A stretch of 64,000 bases of DNA from a virus: IMG/VR virus record IMGVR_UViG_3300037258_000147, positions 40,681 to 104,680 of that record; one strand, written 5' to 3'. The position numbers and the translations under genes were made by a program. The notes below the pieces were generated by a model, which searched no databases, had not been told where the DNA came from, and was given only the letters and a program-made list of their open reading frames with translations. Below, piece by piece: positions 35,394 through 44,310 of the stretch. The number at the start of each line of letters is the position of its first letter. Position 1 is the stretch's first letter.

Positions 35394-35536
35394 GGTTGCG
35401 ATGGCGTGTTCAACACGCACCTATTCTCGGTGGTAGCCGAATCGTATGTCGGGTAGGAACGAGGGTAGCGACGGGGTTCGATTCCCCTAGTAGAGCGCGG
35501 GCGGCTCACGCTGCTGCGGGTCTGGTGCTCGCAACC
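35394..35536 (+). ncRNA. ~143-nt RNA with tRNA-type T-arm
   Basis: GGTTGCGA/TCGCAACC closing stem, GGGG-TTCGATT-CCCC, TCGGT-GGTA-GCCGA; starts 6-7 nt after the -10. Confidence 0.6.
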
Positions 35537-35582
35537 AAAATTTTTAGTCCGTTTTCTGGACAAAACATGGTATAATGCGCTC

Positions 35583-35762
35583 ATGGAACCTGACCAAACA
35601 CAACTTGCCTGTATCGAGGAATATGCCCAGAAAACCGGACGCGGCGCTGCCGACTGTTTATTCGAAGCTATTGACGACTGGATTAAAGTAGTCGCCCTTA
35701 CTGTTTCTCAACCAGAGAAGTTCAATGTAATACAATTTCCGTTGCAGGTAAGCGTGAATTAG
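35583..35762 (+). CDS. Small leaderless protein, ribbon-helix-helix-like helices
   Basis: Own translation MEPDQTQLACIEEYAQKTGRGAADCLFEAIDDWIKV...; TGG-TATAAT 6 nt upstream of the ATG. Confidence 0.5.
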   Translation: MEPDQTQLACIEEYAQKTGRGAADCLFEAIDDWIKVVALTVSQPEKFNVIQFPLQVSVN

Positions 35763-35787
35763 TCCATAAAATGGACGGAGAGGTGCG

Positions 35788-36030
35788 ATGAAAATCACGG
35801 TAACTCAGACGCACATTAAGAACGCCAAGAGGATGAATTTAGGCAAATGCCCTATCGCTCTGGCGTTGCATAATTACGGGTGGAAGAAGCCTTTGGTACG
35901 CTACAATACGGTCTCGGAAGGTCCCTGCGGACTACCCCACCGTCTGCCCCCCAGAGCATCCGCTTTCATCTGCCGTTTTGACCGAGGCAAGCCTGTTAAG
36001 CCTTTTACTTTCGAACTGGACACTGACTAA
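35788..36030 (+). CDS. Paralog family protein 1 (HI..G...CPIALAL...FD.G..V.PF.FE)
   Basis: Motif shared with 36741, 40370, 46826. Confidence 0.75.
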   Translation: MKITVTQTHIKNAKRMNLGKCPIALALHNYGWKKPLVRYNTVSEGPCGLPHRLPPRASAFICRFDRGKPVKPFTFELDTD

Positions 36031-36218
36031 TGACCCAAGACGAACTATTCGTATCCTTGTTTTGTGACCAACTATCTAATATAGCCAAGGGTATAAGACA
36101 AATGAGAAGTTGGTATGTTTTTTCGGACAAACGTCTGGGGGGTTTGGAAGATATTTTCAGGAAAGACGCGGCGGATTTTTCCGAGTACCAGAAAATGTTT
36201 CAAGTTTAGGAGGATTTT

Positions 36219-36744
36219 ATGACCAAACGATATTCCGCAGGGGCTATAGCGGACTATTATGATTACACAAACCTCGAATCTTCAGAAGACGGCAAGTTTG
36301 TCCTTTTTTCGGACTACGAAATCCTTCTGACGGCAATTCGTGAGGCCCTTATTGCCATTAGAGAAGGATACACCTATAATGCCCAAGCCCAATTGGAATG
36401 TGGGCTGAAAAATGTAGGGGAGAAAATATGACCCAAATGTCCAAACAAGAGTATCATGATACCTGTTTCCAGCAGACCAAACCAGAGCCTGAGGTAGACA
36501 CAAGTGTGCCCTTGTGGGTGTGGTTTATTGGTCTTGGCTTAGTAGCTCTGGTCTGGATGATTTTTTCTCAAGGAGTTCACTAATGCACAAAACTTTCTGG
36601 ACGTTACTCCACGATCCGGCTCATCGGGAATTTGAAATTTTCCTGATGGTAGTATTTGGCGGAGTAGTAGGCGCGGCTTTGTGGCCTTGGATTAAGAAAC
36701 ACTGGGGCCATCATGTTTCTAGGGATAAAAAGGAGGGGGTATGA
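36219..36744 (+). other. Three small hypothetical genes (36219-36431, 36428-36583, 36583-36744), two with TM helices
   Basis: Coupled ORFs with RBSs. Confidence 0.6.
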
Positions 36745-36980
36745 AGGTTGTAGTTACTCGGCAGCATATTTTGGATGGAAAGAAAGTCCGCACCCGGGCG
36801 TGTCCAGTCGCCTTGGCTCTCAGAGACTCTGGATGGAAAGAACCGGTTGTGGGGGTTTCTATTTGCTGGGAGGACGGAGTGGGGAAGCCTTTTGTTCTTC
36901 CTCTAAAAGTGCAGAGTTTTACAAACAGATTTGACAACGGACTTCCAGTCGAACCTTTTGAATTCGAGTTGTCCGATTAA
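36741..36980 (+). CDS. Paralog family protein 2
   Basis: HILDG...CPVALAL...FDNG.PVEPFEFE. Confidence 0.75.
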   Translation: MKVVVTRQHILDGKKVRTRACPVALALRDSGWKEPVVGVSICWEDGVGKPFVLPLKVQSFTNRFDNGLPVEPFEFELSD

Positions 36981-39169
36981 TGGACAAAGTGTGGTTGGAC
37001 TACGAAAGCCGAAGTACGGTTTCTCTAGAAGAAAAAGGATTGGATAATTACGTCAAGGGGCCTACTCAGGTCCTGCTTGCGGCCTACGCCTTTAATGACT
37101 TGGCTCCTAAGCTGTGGCAACCACACCTTAGCCCAGAGATGCCTAAGGACCTGAAAGACGCCCTACTCGACCCCTTCATGCAAGTCTGGAGTTGGAACAC
37201 GAGTTTCGAACGACAGGTAACCAAGCACGTTTTAGGCATTGACAAGCCGATTGAAGAATGGCGGGACCCGATGTGCAATGCTCGGTATCTGGGACTTCCT
37301 GGATATCTGGAAGACGCCGGAAAAATCCTCGGGCTCAAAGACTCCCAAGCCAAAATCAAAGATGGTAGCCGACTAATAAAGTTGTTTTGCGAGCCTGTTG
37401 ATTCGGGTGGCCGAGAAACTCTGTTTGGAATCTCAGAGCCGACATTCAATAGCTGGCACACCCACCCAAAGGATTGGGAATTGTTCTGTAAGTATTGCAA
37501 ACAAGATGTGGTTGCGGAAAGAGTGCTTGCCCAAAAAATGTCGAAGTTTCCTCTTCCTCAGGAGGAACTAGAGACTTGGTTCTTGGATCAGCATATTAAT
37601 GCACGGGGATGGCCGGTAGATTTACCCACGGTCGAAGGTGCTCGGAAAATTGTCGAATTAGAATTGAAACCCTTAGTAGCCCGTCTGAAAGAACTAAGTG
37701 GATTGGACAATGTAAATTCTAGAAACCAAATCCTGGAATGGGTTTCGGAGCGCGGATACGTCTTCTCAAGTCTTGGTAAAGATTTTGTTGCGCGCGCGCT
37801 TGCTGGGGAATGTAATCTAACCCCAGAGTGCCGAGAGGTTCTCGAAATCCGAGGACAAACCGCAAAATCTAGTGTGTCTAAGTACACAGCTTTAGCCGAT
37901 ATGACCTCCTCAGACGCTAGGATACGTCACCAGTACACCTATTACGGGGCACATACAGGCCGATGGGCCGCGCACGGCGTAAACATGGGTAATTTGTTTA
38001 AGCCGACAAAAGAAGTTGAAAATAAACTGGGCTTGGCCGTTAATCTTGTCCGAAAAATGGACTTTGAGGCAATACGAAAAGAATTTAGCAAGCCTATGGA
38101 AGTCGCTGCTTCGGTCCAGCGGTCGGCCTTTCGAGCCCCTGAGGGTTTTAAATTCGTGTGGGCGGACCTCGCGGGCATCGAAAACCGGGGGCTAATGTAT
38201 CTCTCTCATTGCGAGGCCCTAAAGAAGGTCTACGAAGGAAAATTTACCTACTACGGACCCGACTGTCCAGAAAAAGAAATATTAAACGGACAAGAGTTCG
38301 CGCTAGACCCGTACCTAATGTTTGCTGTTCGCATGTTTAATATGAGCTACCGCGATTTATGGATAGAGTGGAAAATCAAGGGGGACAAGACCAAGAGAGA
38401 TTTGTGCAAAGCTCCTGTACTGGGCGGAGGATACGCTCTCGGAGCCGGAGAAGAAGAGATAGATAAAAAAACTGGACTACCATACTGGACCGGTTTGATG
38501 GGCTACGGAAGAAAAATGGGAATCGAAATCCCCCACGACTTAGCCGAGCAATCTATCAAGGTTCTCCGCGAAGAATGGAACGAAGTTGTCTGGCTCTGGA
38601 AAGACATGGAAAAAGCCTTCGCATTTGCTGTCCGGCATCCTGGTCATTTAACCGGGGTTGGGTTGCCTCATACCAAGCGAGAGGAGGAATATTTCGAGGA
38701 AAAGGGCCGGAAAATTTATGAGCCGATAATCTCGTTTCTGTGTCATGGTGCCAAAATCCTTGAAATGATTCTGCCGTCTGGACGGTCTTTATTTTACTTT
38801 GACCCCCGAGTAGCGTTTGAAGAAAAAGAATGGAAGGGAAGAAAATACCAGCAAGACACGCTGTACTACAAATCCAAGGACCCGAAGACCAAACAATGGG
38901 TGGAAATGGATACGTTTGGGGGCCACTTGGTTGAAAATGGGGATCAGGCTATATGCCGAGATGTGCTGGTCCATGGGATGAAAAAAGCGGATAAAATGGG
39001 ATTTGAAATATGCGGGTCTACATATGACGAGGTGATTACCTTAGTTCCTTTAAACAGTCCTCTTGGGGTAAAAGAACTTTGCGAGTGCCTTACCGACCCG
39101 CCTCTGTTTTGTGGACTAGATTTGCCGTTAGCCGCCGAAGGAATTGAGGATTTCATCTACCATAAATAA
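36980..39169 (+). CDS. Family A DNA polymerase with 3'-5' exonuclease
   Basis: LDYES exo I, YC.QDV exo III, HTGRW, ADLAGIENR (A), K..VLGGGY (B), TYDE (C). Confidence 0.9.
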   Translation: MDKVWLDYESRSTVSLEEKGLDNYVKGPTQVLLAAYAFNDLAPKLWQPHLSPEMPKDLKDALLDPFMQVWSWNTSFERQVTKHVLGIDKPIEEWRDPMCNARYLGLPGYLEDAGKILGLKDSQAKIKDGSRLIKLFCEPVDSGGRETLFGISEPTFNSWHTHPKDWELFCKYCKQDVVAERVLAQKMSKFPLPQEELETWFLDQHINARGWPVDLPTVEGARKIVELELKPLVARLKELSGLDNVNSRNQILEWVSERGYVFSSLGKDFVARALAGECNLTPECREVLEIRGQTAKSSVSKYTALADMTSSDARIRHQYTYYGAHTGRWAAHGVNMGNLFKPTKEVENKLGLAVNLVRKMDFEAIRKEFSKPMEVAASVQRSAFRAPEGFKFVWADLAGIENRGLMYLSHCEALKKVYEGKFTYYGPDCPEKEILNGQEFALDPYLMFAVRMFNMSYRDLWIEWKIKGDKTKRDLCKAPVLGGGYALGAGEEEIDKKTGLPYWTGLMGYGRKMGIEIPHDLAEQSIKVLREEWNEVVWLWKDMEKAFAFAVRHPGHLTGVGLPHTKREEEYFEEKGRKIYEPIISFLCHGAKILEMILPSGRSLFYFDPRVAFEEKEWKGRKYQQDTLYYKSKDPKTKQWVEMDTFGGHLVENGDQAICRDVLVHGMKKADKMGFEICGSTYDEVITLVPLNSPLGVKELCECLTDPPLFCGLDLPLAAEGIEDFIYHK

Positions 39170-39182
39170 TCCAGATCGCGGA

Positions 39183-39209
39183 TTGACAACTCGAAACATG
39201 TGGTATAAT
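39183..39209 (+). promoter_or_regulatory. Sigma70-type promoter
   Basis: TTGACA-N15-TATAAT with TGTGG extension. Confidence 0.65.
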
Positions 39210-39227
39210 GCGAACAAAGGAGAAAAA

Positions 39228-40190
39228 GTGGAACATATCCCTTTCCCCGAAATTCATCAATTTCGGAACACGATTAGAACTGTGCGAGAACGAGCAGAAT
39301 GCGACGGAGTTCCTCTTCCAATCATTACTTTTGTGGGATCGGTGAAATTGCACGGAACTAACGCTTCGATTGTGTTTCCCGAATCGGGAGGGTACTATTG
39401 TCAGTCTCGCTCTCACGTAATCACACCAGGACAAGACAACGCTGGATTTGCTCGTTGGGTCGAAAACAACAAAGAATTGTTCGAGCGTCTAGAGAAGTCC
39501 GGAGTGATTCTATATGGAGAGTGGTGCGGGCAAGGAATTCAAAAGGGCGTGGCCATATCACATATGCCGAAGAAATTCATCGTGTTTTCTGTCCGAAAAC
39601 TGGACAATTTGTCTTGGTTTTCCAAACTGGGGGTCTGCGTCCTGCTGGAAGGGTTACTTTGTATCTATGATTATCCAAATTGGACCTTGGATATTGACTT
39701 TTCTCGTTCCGAGGACTCTCAGAATCGCTTGGTAGAATTGACCACTGCTGTCGAAACCGAGTGCCCTGTAGGAAAGGCTTTCGGGGTTTCTGGAGTAGGA
39801 GAAGGCGTAGTTTGGTGGCCTGAATCTCATCCGACATTCAACACCGAGGGGTTGGCCTTCAAGGTAAAGGGAGAAAAACATTCCGAATCCAAAGTAAAGA
39901 GTCTAGCTTCCGTGGATGTGGAAAAATTGGAAACCGTCAAGGAATTGGTAAACACAATCATAACCGATCACCGTTTGGAAAAGAAACTAGATTCTCTCCA
40001 AGAGCGAGGCATTTCTTTTGACATCAAAAATACTGGGCAGTTTCTAAAGCTGATAGGGGCCGACGTTTGGAAGGAAGAATCTGACACCATTCTGGCCTCT
40101 GGATTCAAAGAAAGCGAGATCATGGGAGCCGTCCAGAAACGGGCGAAACAGTGGTGGATGGAGCAACTAGCGAATGTGGCCGTGGTCTAA
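39228..40190 (+). CDS. RNA ligase (Rnl2-like)
   Basis: KLHGTN (motif I), YGEWCG.GIQK, GEGVVW, FKVKGEKH; GTG start after AGGAG. Confidence 0.8.
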   Translation: MEHIPFPEIHQFRNTIRTVRERAECDGVPLPIITFVGSVKLHGTNASIVFPESGGYYCQSRSHVITPGQDNAGFARWVENNKELFERLEKSGVILYGEWCGQGIQKGVAISHMPKKFIVFSVRKLDNLSWFSKLGVCVLLEGLLCIYDYPNWTLDIDFSRSEDSQNRLVELTTAVETECPVGKAFGVSGVGEGVVWWPESHPTFNTEGLAFKVKGEKHSESKVKSLASVDVEKLETVKELVNTIITDHRLEKKLDSLQERGISFDIKNTGQFLKLIGADVWKEESDTILASGFKESEIMGAVQKRAKQWWMEQLANVAVV

Positions 40191-40407
40191 AATCCAGAAA
40201 CTCGAAAAAGATATCGAGGTACTATGCCAGACTCAGAATAATCTGGTGGATTATATCGACCGGTTAACCGGAATTCGGCATGTTGTTATGGGCCGAACTT
40301 TGTACAAGATATCTCATGGCGGCTTGTTTGAAGTCAAATTTAAACACAAGTTCAGAATTAGGAGCGAACATGGCGGCGAAGAAACTGAAAATTCGAGTAT
40401 TGGCTAG
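40174..40407 (+). CDS. Hypothetical protein
   Basis: 77 aa overlapping ORF. Confidence 0.5.
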   Translation: MWPWSKIQKLEKDIEVLCQTQNNLVDYIDRLTGIRHVVMGRTLYKISHGGLFEVKFKHKFRIRSEHGGEETENSSIG

Positions 40408-40624
40408 ACACATCGAACACGGGAAAAGAGGCAGCGAAAGTTGCCCCATTGCGTTAGCCTTACGGGAAAACGGGTTTAAAAGAGCTTGGGTATCTTCCGA
40501 CTCTTGGTCCAAAACGAGCAACGGTCAGGAACGATCTTTACCCAAAGAAGCGCACAAGTTTATCAACGGATATGACTCTGGCAAGAAGGTCTTGCCCTTC
40601 ACCTTCGAAATTGACCCCAATTAG
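40370..40624 (+). CDS. Paralog family protein 3
   Basis: HIEHGKRG...CPIALAL...YDSG..V.PFTFE; AGGAG RBS. Confidence 0.75.
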   Translation: MAAKKLKIRVLARHIEHGKRGSESCPIALALRENGFKRAWVSSDSWSKTSNGQERSLPKEAHKFINGYDSGKKVLPFTFEIDPN

Positions 40625-40632
40625 GAGAAAAA

Positions 40633-41016
40633 ATGGACTATACAATGAACCGGCTGGCGAATTGCACAAACCGGTACCAAGGAAAGTATAAGCGGGTTTT
40701 GTGCGTGTGCTCCGCCGGGCTTTTGCGGTCGCCTACTATGGCTTGGGTCTTGTCTCAAGAACCATACAACTTTAATACTAGGGCCGCTGGATTATCCAAA
40801 GAATTCGCCCTGATTCCAGTAGATCAAGTCCTGTTGACGTGGGCAGATGAAATCGTGTGTGCGTCTCCGGACCAAGCAGAAAAAATCCGGGAAATGATGG
40901 AGGAGGACCGGCCTATTGTGGTTTTGAATATCGAAGACAACTACCGGTATCGGGACCCGAATTTGGTAGAGGCTATCAAAGCGGCGTACCCAGACCCTAA
41001 CGAATTGTCCAGTTAA
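40633..41016 (+). CDS. Low-molecular-weight phosphotyrosine phosphatase-like protein
   Basis: VLCVCSAGLLRSPT (CX5RS), WADEI. Confidence 0.85.
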   Translation: MDYTMNRLANCTNRYQGKYKRVLCVCSAGLLRSPTMAWVLSQEPYNFNTRAAGLSKEFALIPVDQVLLTWADEIVCASPDQAEKIREMMEEDRPIVVLNIEDNYRYRDPNLVEAIKAAYPDPNELSS

Positions 41017-41031
41017 TGGACCAGGAGGAGC

Positions 41032-41737
41032 ATGTCAGACCCCAGAGAAGTAGCCGCCGAAATTATCGACTTGATTTTCCACCAACCGCACGTTGACGCA
41101 GACACCCCGCTTGAAGAAGTCCATTTATTGGAATCAGTAGCCGATATTTTGGAAGAAGCGTTTGGGGAAGTAGAATCCGATCTTAACGAGGCTTTAGCAG
41201 ACGAACGGGTGACAGAACTCGAACGTGAGACAGACCTTCTGCGGGACGATGCAGATAAATTAAGGGAAGAACTTGAGGAAGCAAACAGAAAGCTGGAAAT
41301 CTTGGTATGACTAAAAACGAATATAGAATTTACGGAGCCGTCTGTACCATATTCTGCCTGATATTTGCTTGTTTTTCAGACACTAGTGACGTGGCTGCCG
41401 GGGTGTCTATAGCAATTGGAATTCTTGGAATCTTGTCATGGGGGCGGTACATGTGGCTGGATTATACGGACAACGAACCGCCGGGACCTTTGGGGATGGC
41501 ATGACAGACTCAGAACTTATTTTAAAACAGCAGAAAACCATAGACAAGCTCGAACGTAAACTAGCTCGGTTGGAAAAACGTTTGATGGCTAAACAGAAAT
41601 ACGAAACCGCGCTACTGATTAATACCGGGGCTACTCCGAGATATGTAGCAGAAATTCATGAGAAGGATCGGGTTGCTTTGTCCGATGAGGAGAGAGAAAA
41701 ATGTCTGGATTTAAAGCGAAAACTATCAAAACGATAA
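41032..41737 (+). other. Three small hypothetical genes (41032-41310 acidic coiled coil, 41307-41504 membrane, 41501-41737)
   Basis: ATGA-coupled ORFs. Confidence 0.65.
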
Positions 41738-42642
41738 TTTCTAAAAAGATTAACAAGTGGATCGAAACTATTGAGGACGAATCTCTGCGCGAAAAGGTGC
41801 GAGAGAACGTCATCGTAACAGGAGGTAGCATTGTTTCCATGCTTCTCGGAGAGCCGGTCAATGATTTCGATGTGTATTTCCGAGATCACGATACTACCTC
41901 GGCTATAGCAAATTACTACGTGGACCGCTTCCCCGATAAGAAAGGTAATACCGATTTTAAATTGGTGGTGACCGACGACGGAGAAAGAGTCAAGGTTCAC
42001 GCGAAGTCCGCAGGAGTTGTCAGCGAAACTACTCCCGCAGGGGAGTACAGATATTTTGAGGGATTCCCCGACTCGCAGGGGTCCGATTATGTTGCCAAAG
42101 TCTTGGATAACCCCGAGGAAATCGAAGACACGCATGAAGACACGCAAATCGAGGTCTCCAAAAACCCCCTGGAGGGGAAATTTCGACCTGTCTTTTTGAG
42201 CAGCAACGCCATTACTCTAAGCGATAAAATTCAAATCGTTTTGAGATTCTACGGAGAACCGGACAAGATTCACGAGAATTACGATTTTGTCCACTGTACG
42301 TCTTATTGGCAAAGTTGGGATGGGAAATTGGTCTTGCGCCCAGAGGCTCTGGAAAGTTGCTTGTCCAAAGAACTAAAGTACGTGGGAAGCAAGTATCCTA
42401 TCTGCTCGGTAGTCCGACTGCGAAAATTTATTTCTCGCGGATGGAGAATAAACGCGGGACAGATTCTGAAAATGTGCTTGCAAATCAGCGAACTAGACCT
42501 TACTGATGTGTCTGTTTTGGAAGATCAATTGACTGGGGTGGATACAGCGTATTTCTTACAGGTAATAGACCGACTTAAGGAAAAGGACCCGGAGAAAGTC
42601 AATACTGCGTATTTGGTTGAAATTTTAGATCGGATGTTTTAA
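41701..42642 (+). CDS. Pol-beta-superfamily nucleotidyltransferase-like protein
   Basis: IVTGGSI......VNDFDVYF (GG/DxD) and YDFVHC. Confidence 0.7.
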   Translation: MSGFKAKTIKTIISKKINKWIETIEDESLREKVRENVIVTGGSIVSMLLGEPVNDFDVYFRDHDTTSAIANYYVDRFPDKKGNTDFKLVVTDDGERVKVHAKSAGVVSETTPAGEYRYFEGFPDSQGSDYVAKVLDNPEEIEDTHEDTQIEVSKNPLEGKFRPVFLSSNAITLSDKIQIVLRFYGEPDKIHENYDFVHCTSYWQSWDGKLVLRPEALESCLSKELKYVGSKYPICSVVRLRKFISRGWRINAGQILKMCLQISELDLTDVSVLEDQLTGVDTAYFLQVIDRLKEKDPEKVNTAYLVEILDRMF

Positions 42643-42650
42643 GGAGGTAT

Positions 42651-42827
42651 ATGAACATAATCGAAGCCGCAAAATTGTTGAAGAAAGGCGAACTCCTGAT
42701 GCGTGAATTGGGGTTCGTTGCTACGATTGGCTGGGATGGAATGCTCGTAAACGTAGAATCCGGCGAAGAGCCTTTCGGGTTCTTCATAGAGGAACTTTTG
42801 TCCGAAAAATGGACGGTGGTTCAATGA
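42651..42827 (+). CDS. Small DUF2829/Tad2-like protein (58 aa)
   Basis: Own translation MNIIEAAKLLKKGELLMR...EELLSEKWTVVQ; AGGAGG RBS. Confidence 0.45.
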   Translation: MNIIEAAKLLKKGELLMRELGFVATIGWDGMLVNVESGEEPFGFFIEELLSEKWTVVQ

Positions 42828-43756
42828 GTAACCTCGCCCTAGAACTCCGGCCTCAAAAACTCGAAGACGTGTTGGGAAATGAAAACACCAAAAAAGCCAT
42901 CAAGTCTTTCATAGAGAAAGATAATCTCCCGAACGTGTTTCTGTTTTCGGGACCTCCTGGTACTGGAAAAACTACGTTAGCCGAGATTGTTGCTAAATCC
43001 ACGGGAGGAGATGAGTCCTCGATTCATAAGATTAACGGGTCCGTCCGAAACAAGGTAGAAGACGCCAGAGAAATTTCGGAGATGGCTAATAGTAGTCCAT
43101 TAAATGGACGACGACGTGTGTTCATTATCGACGAATTTCATCGATGGACTGACAGCGCACAGGACGCCATTAAAGACACCATGGAAAAAACTCCGTGTTT
43201 GTGGCTTCTGACTACGGACCAGCCCGAAAAAATTTCTTCTGCCGTCTTGTCTAGAGCTTCTGCGGCTACTTTTAAGCTGAAATCTCTGAATCGTGGAGAA
43301 ATCTCCAAATTGATTCTATCAGCCGCCCCCAGTCTCGCCTCTGGTACTGGAGTTGGAATAGGAGACTTTCTGGACAGCAAGGGCGTGACCTCTCCCCGAG
43401 AAATCCTAGGCGTCCTAGACCAGGTGCTTGCTGGGGTGCCTATTGAAGAGGCTATCCATGGGGCCGAACACGAGCCTTTATACAAAGACATTGGCGGGGC
43501 TGTATTAAGAGGCGATTGGGCTAAGACCTCCTCTCTCTTATCTCAAGTAAAAACTGCTGATTCCCGTGGCATGATTTCGGTAGTGTCCGCGTTTTTACGA
43601 TCTGAGATTTTAAAAAATCCTATTGGGGGAAGAGCAGATGCTCTAGCTACGTGCTTAGTTGGGGTTGATTCTTTAGGATTTGCGGATGGTACGGCTTATG
43701 GGGCTGTTACTGGACTTTTGTATAAAACATGCAAGGCTCTTGGAGGGGCGAAATGA
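42824..43756 (+). CDS. Clamp-loader AAA+ ATPase (DnaX/RFC-like)
   Basis: LRPQKLEDVLG, GPPGTGKTT, IIDEFH, SRA. Confidence 0.85.
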   Translation: MSNLALELRPQKLEDVLGNENTKKAIKSFIEKDNLPNVFLFSGPPGTGKTTLAEIVAKSTGGDESSIHKINGSVRNKVEDAREISEMANSSPLNGRRRVFIIDEFHRWTDSAQDAIKDTMEKTPCLWLLTTDQPEKISSAVLSRASAATFKLKSLNRGEISKLILSAAPSLASGTGVGIGDFLDSKGVTSPREILGVLDQVLAGVPIEEAIHGAEHEPLYKDIGGAVLRGDWAKTSSLLSQVKTADSRGMISVVSAFLRSEILKNPIGGRADALATCLVGVDSLGFADGTAYGAVTGLLYKTCKALGGAK

Positions 43757-43999
43757 GTAATTTCGTAGAAGTAGAACAAGCCGACTATAAGGCTTTTGTA
43801 AACGCAGACCACGTAGCCCTGATTACTCCGACCAAATTAATCGGAGAAACTGGACTGATTTTGATTAACGGAGTTAGCCTGCAAATTAAAGGCACGATGC
43901 ACGAATTCCTGGAAAAATCCAAAGGAAATACGGGCCGATTCTTGGAATTGTGATATAATGAGTTTGATGCTGGACATTAGTTACTGGTCGCAGCAGGGA

Positions 44000-44053
44000 C
44001 GGCGTACCGTGCTTAGAGGCACAACCCGGGAATCCGGATCAGGAGGTACGCCG
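44000..44053 (+). ncRNA. Small three-way-junction structure
   Basis: CGGCGTACC/GGTACGCCG enclosing two hairpins, downstream of TG-A-TATAAT at ~43951. Confidence 0.4.
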
Positions 44054-44085
44054 CTATTTTGTCCATAAAATGGACTAGGAGAAAA

Positions 44086-44310
44086 ATGCTGATTTTAATC
44101 GTACTCTCCAGTATTTTCTGGGTTGTCTCCGGAATCTGGGGATTTATCTATTGGTGGACGCCCGAATATGATCTTAGGCTGAAAGACCTCGAATTGTTTT
44201 TGGTATCCGGCCTCCTCGGACCATTTTCTTGGTGGGCTGGATATGATATTCACGGAAAACATAAACACGAACCCGCAGTATTAATTAAAAAAGAGAGTGA
44301 AGTAAAATGA
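44086..44310 (+). CDS. Small membrane protein
   Basis: Two hydrophobic segments, AGGAG RBS. Confidence 0.6.
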   Translation: MLILIVLSSIFWVVSGIWGFIYWWTPEYDLRLKDLELFLVSGLLGPFSWWAGYDIHGKHKHEPAVLIKKESEVK

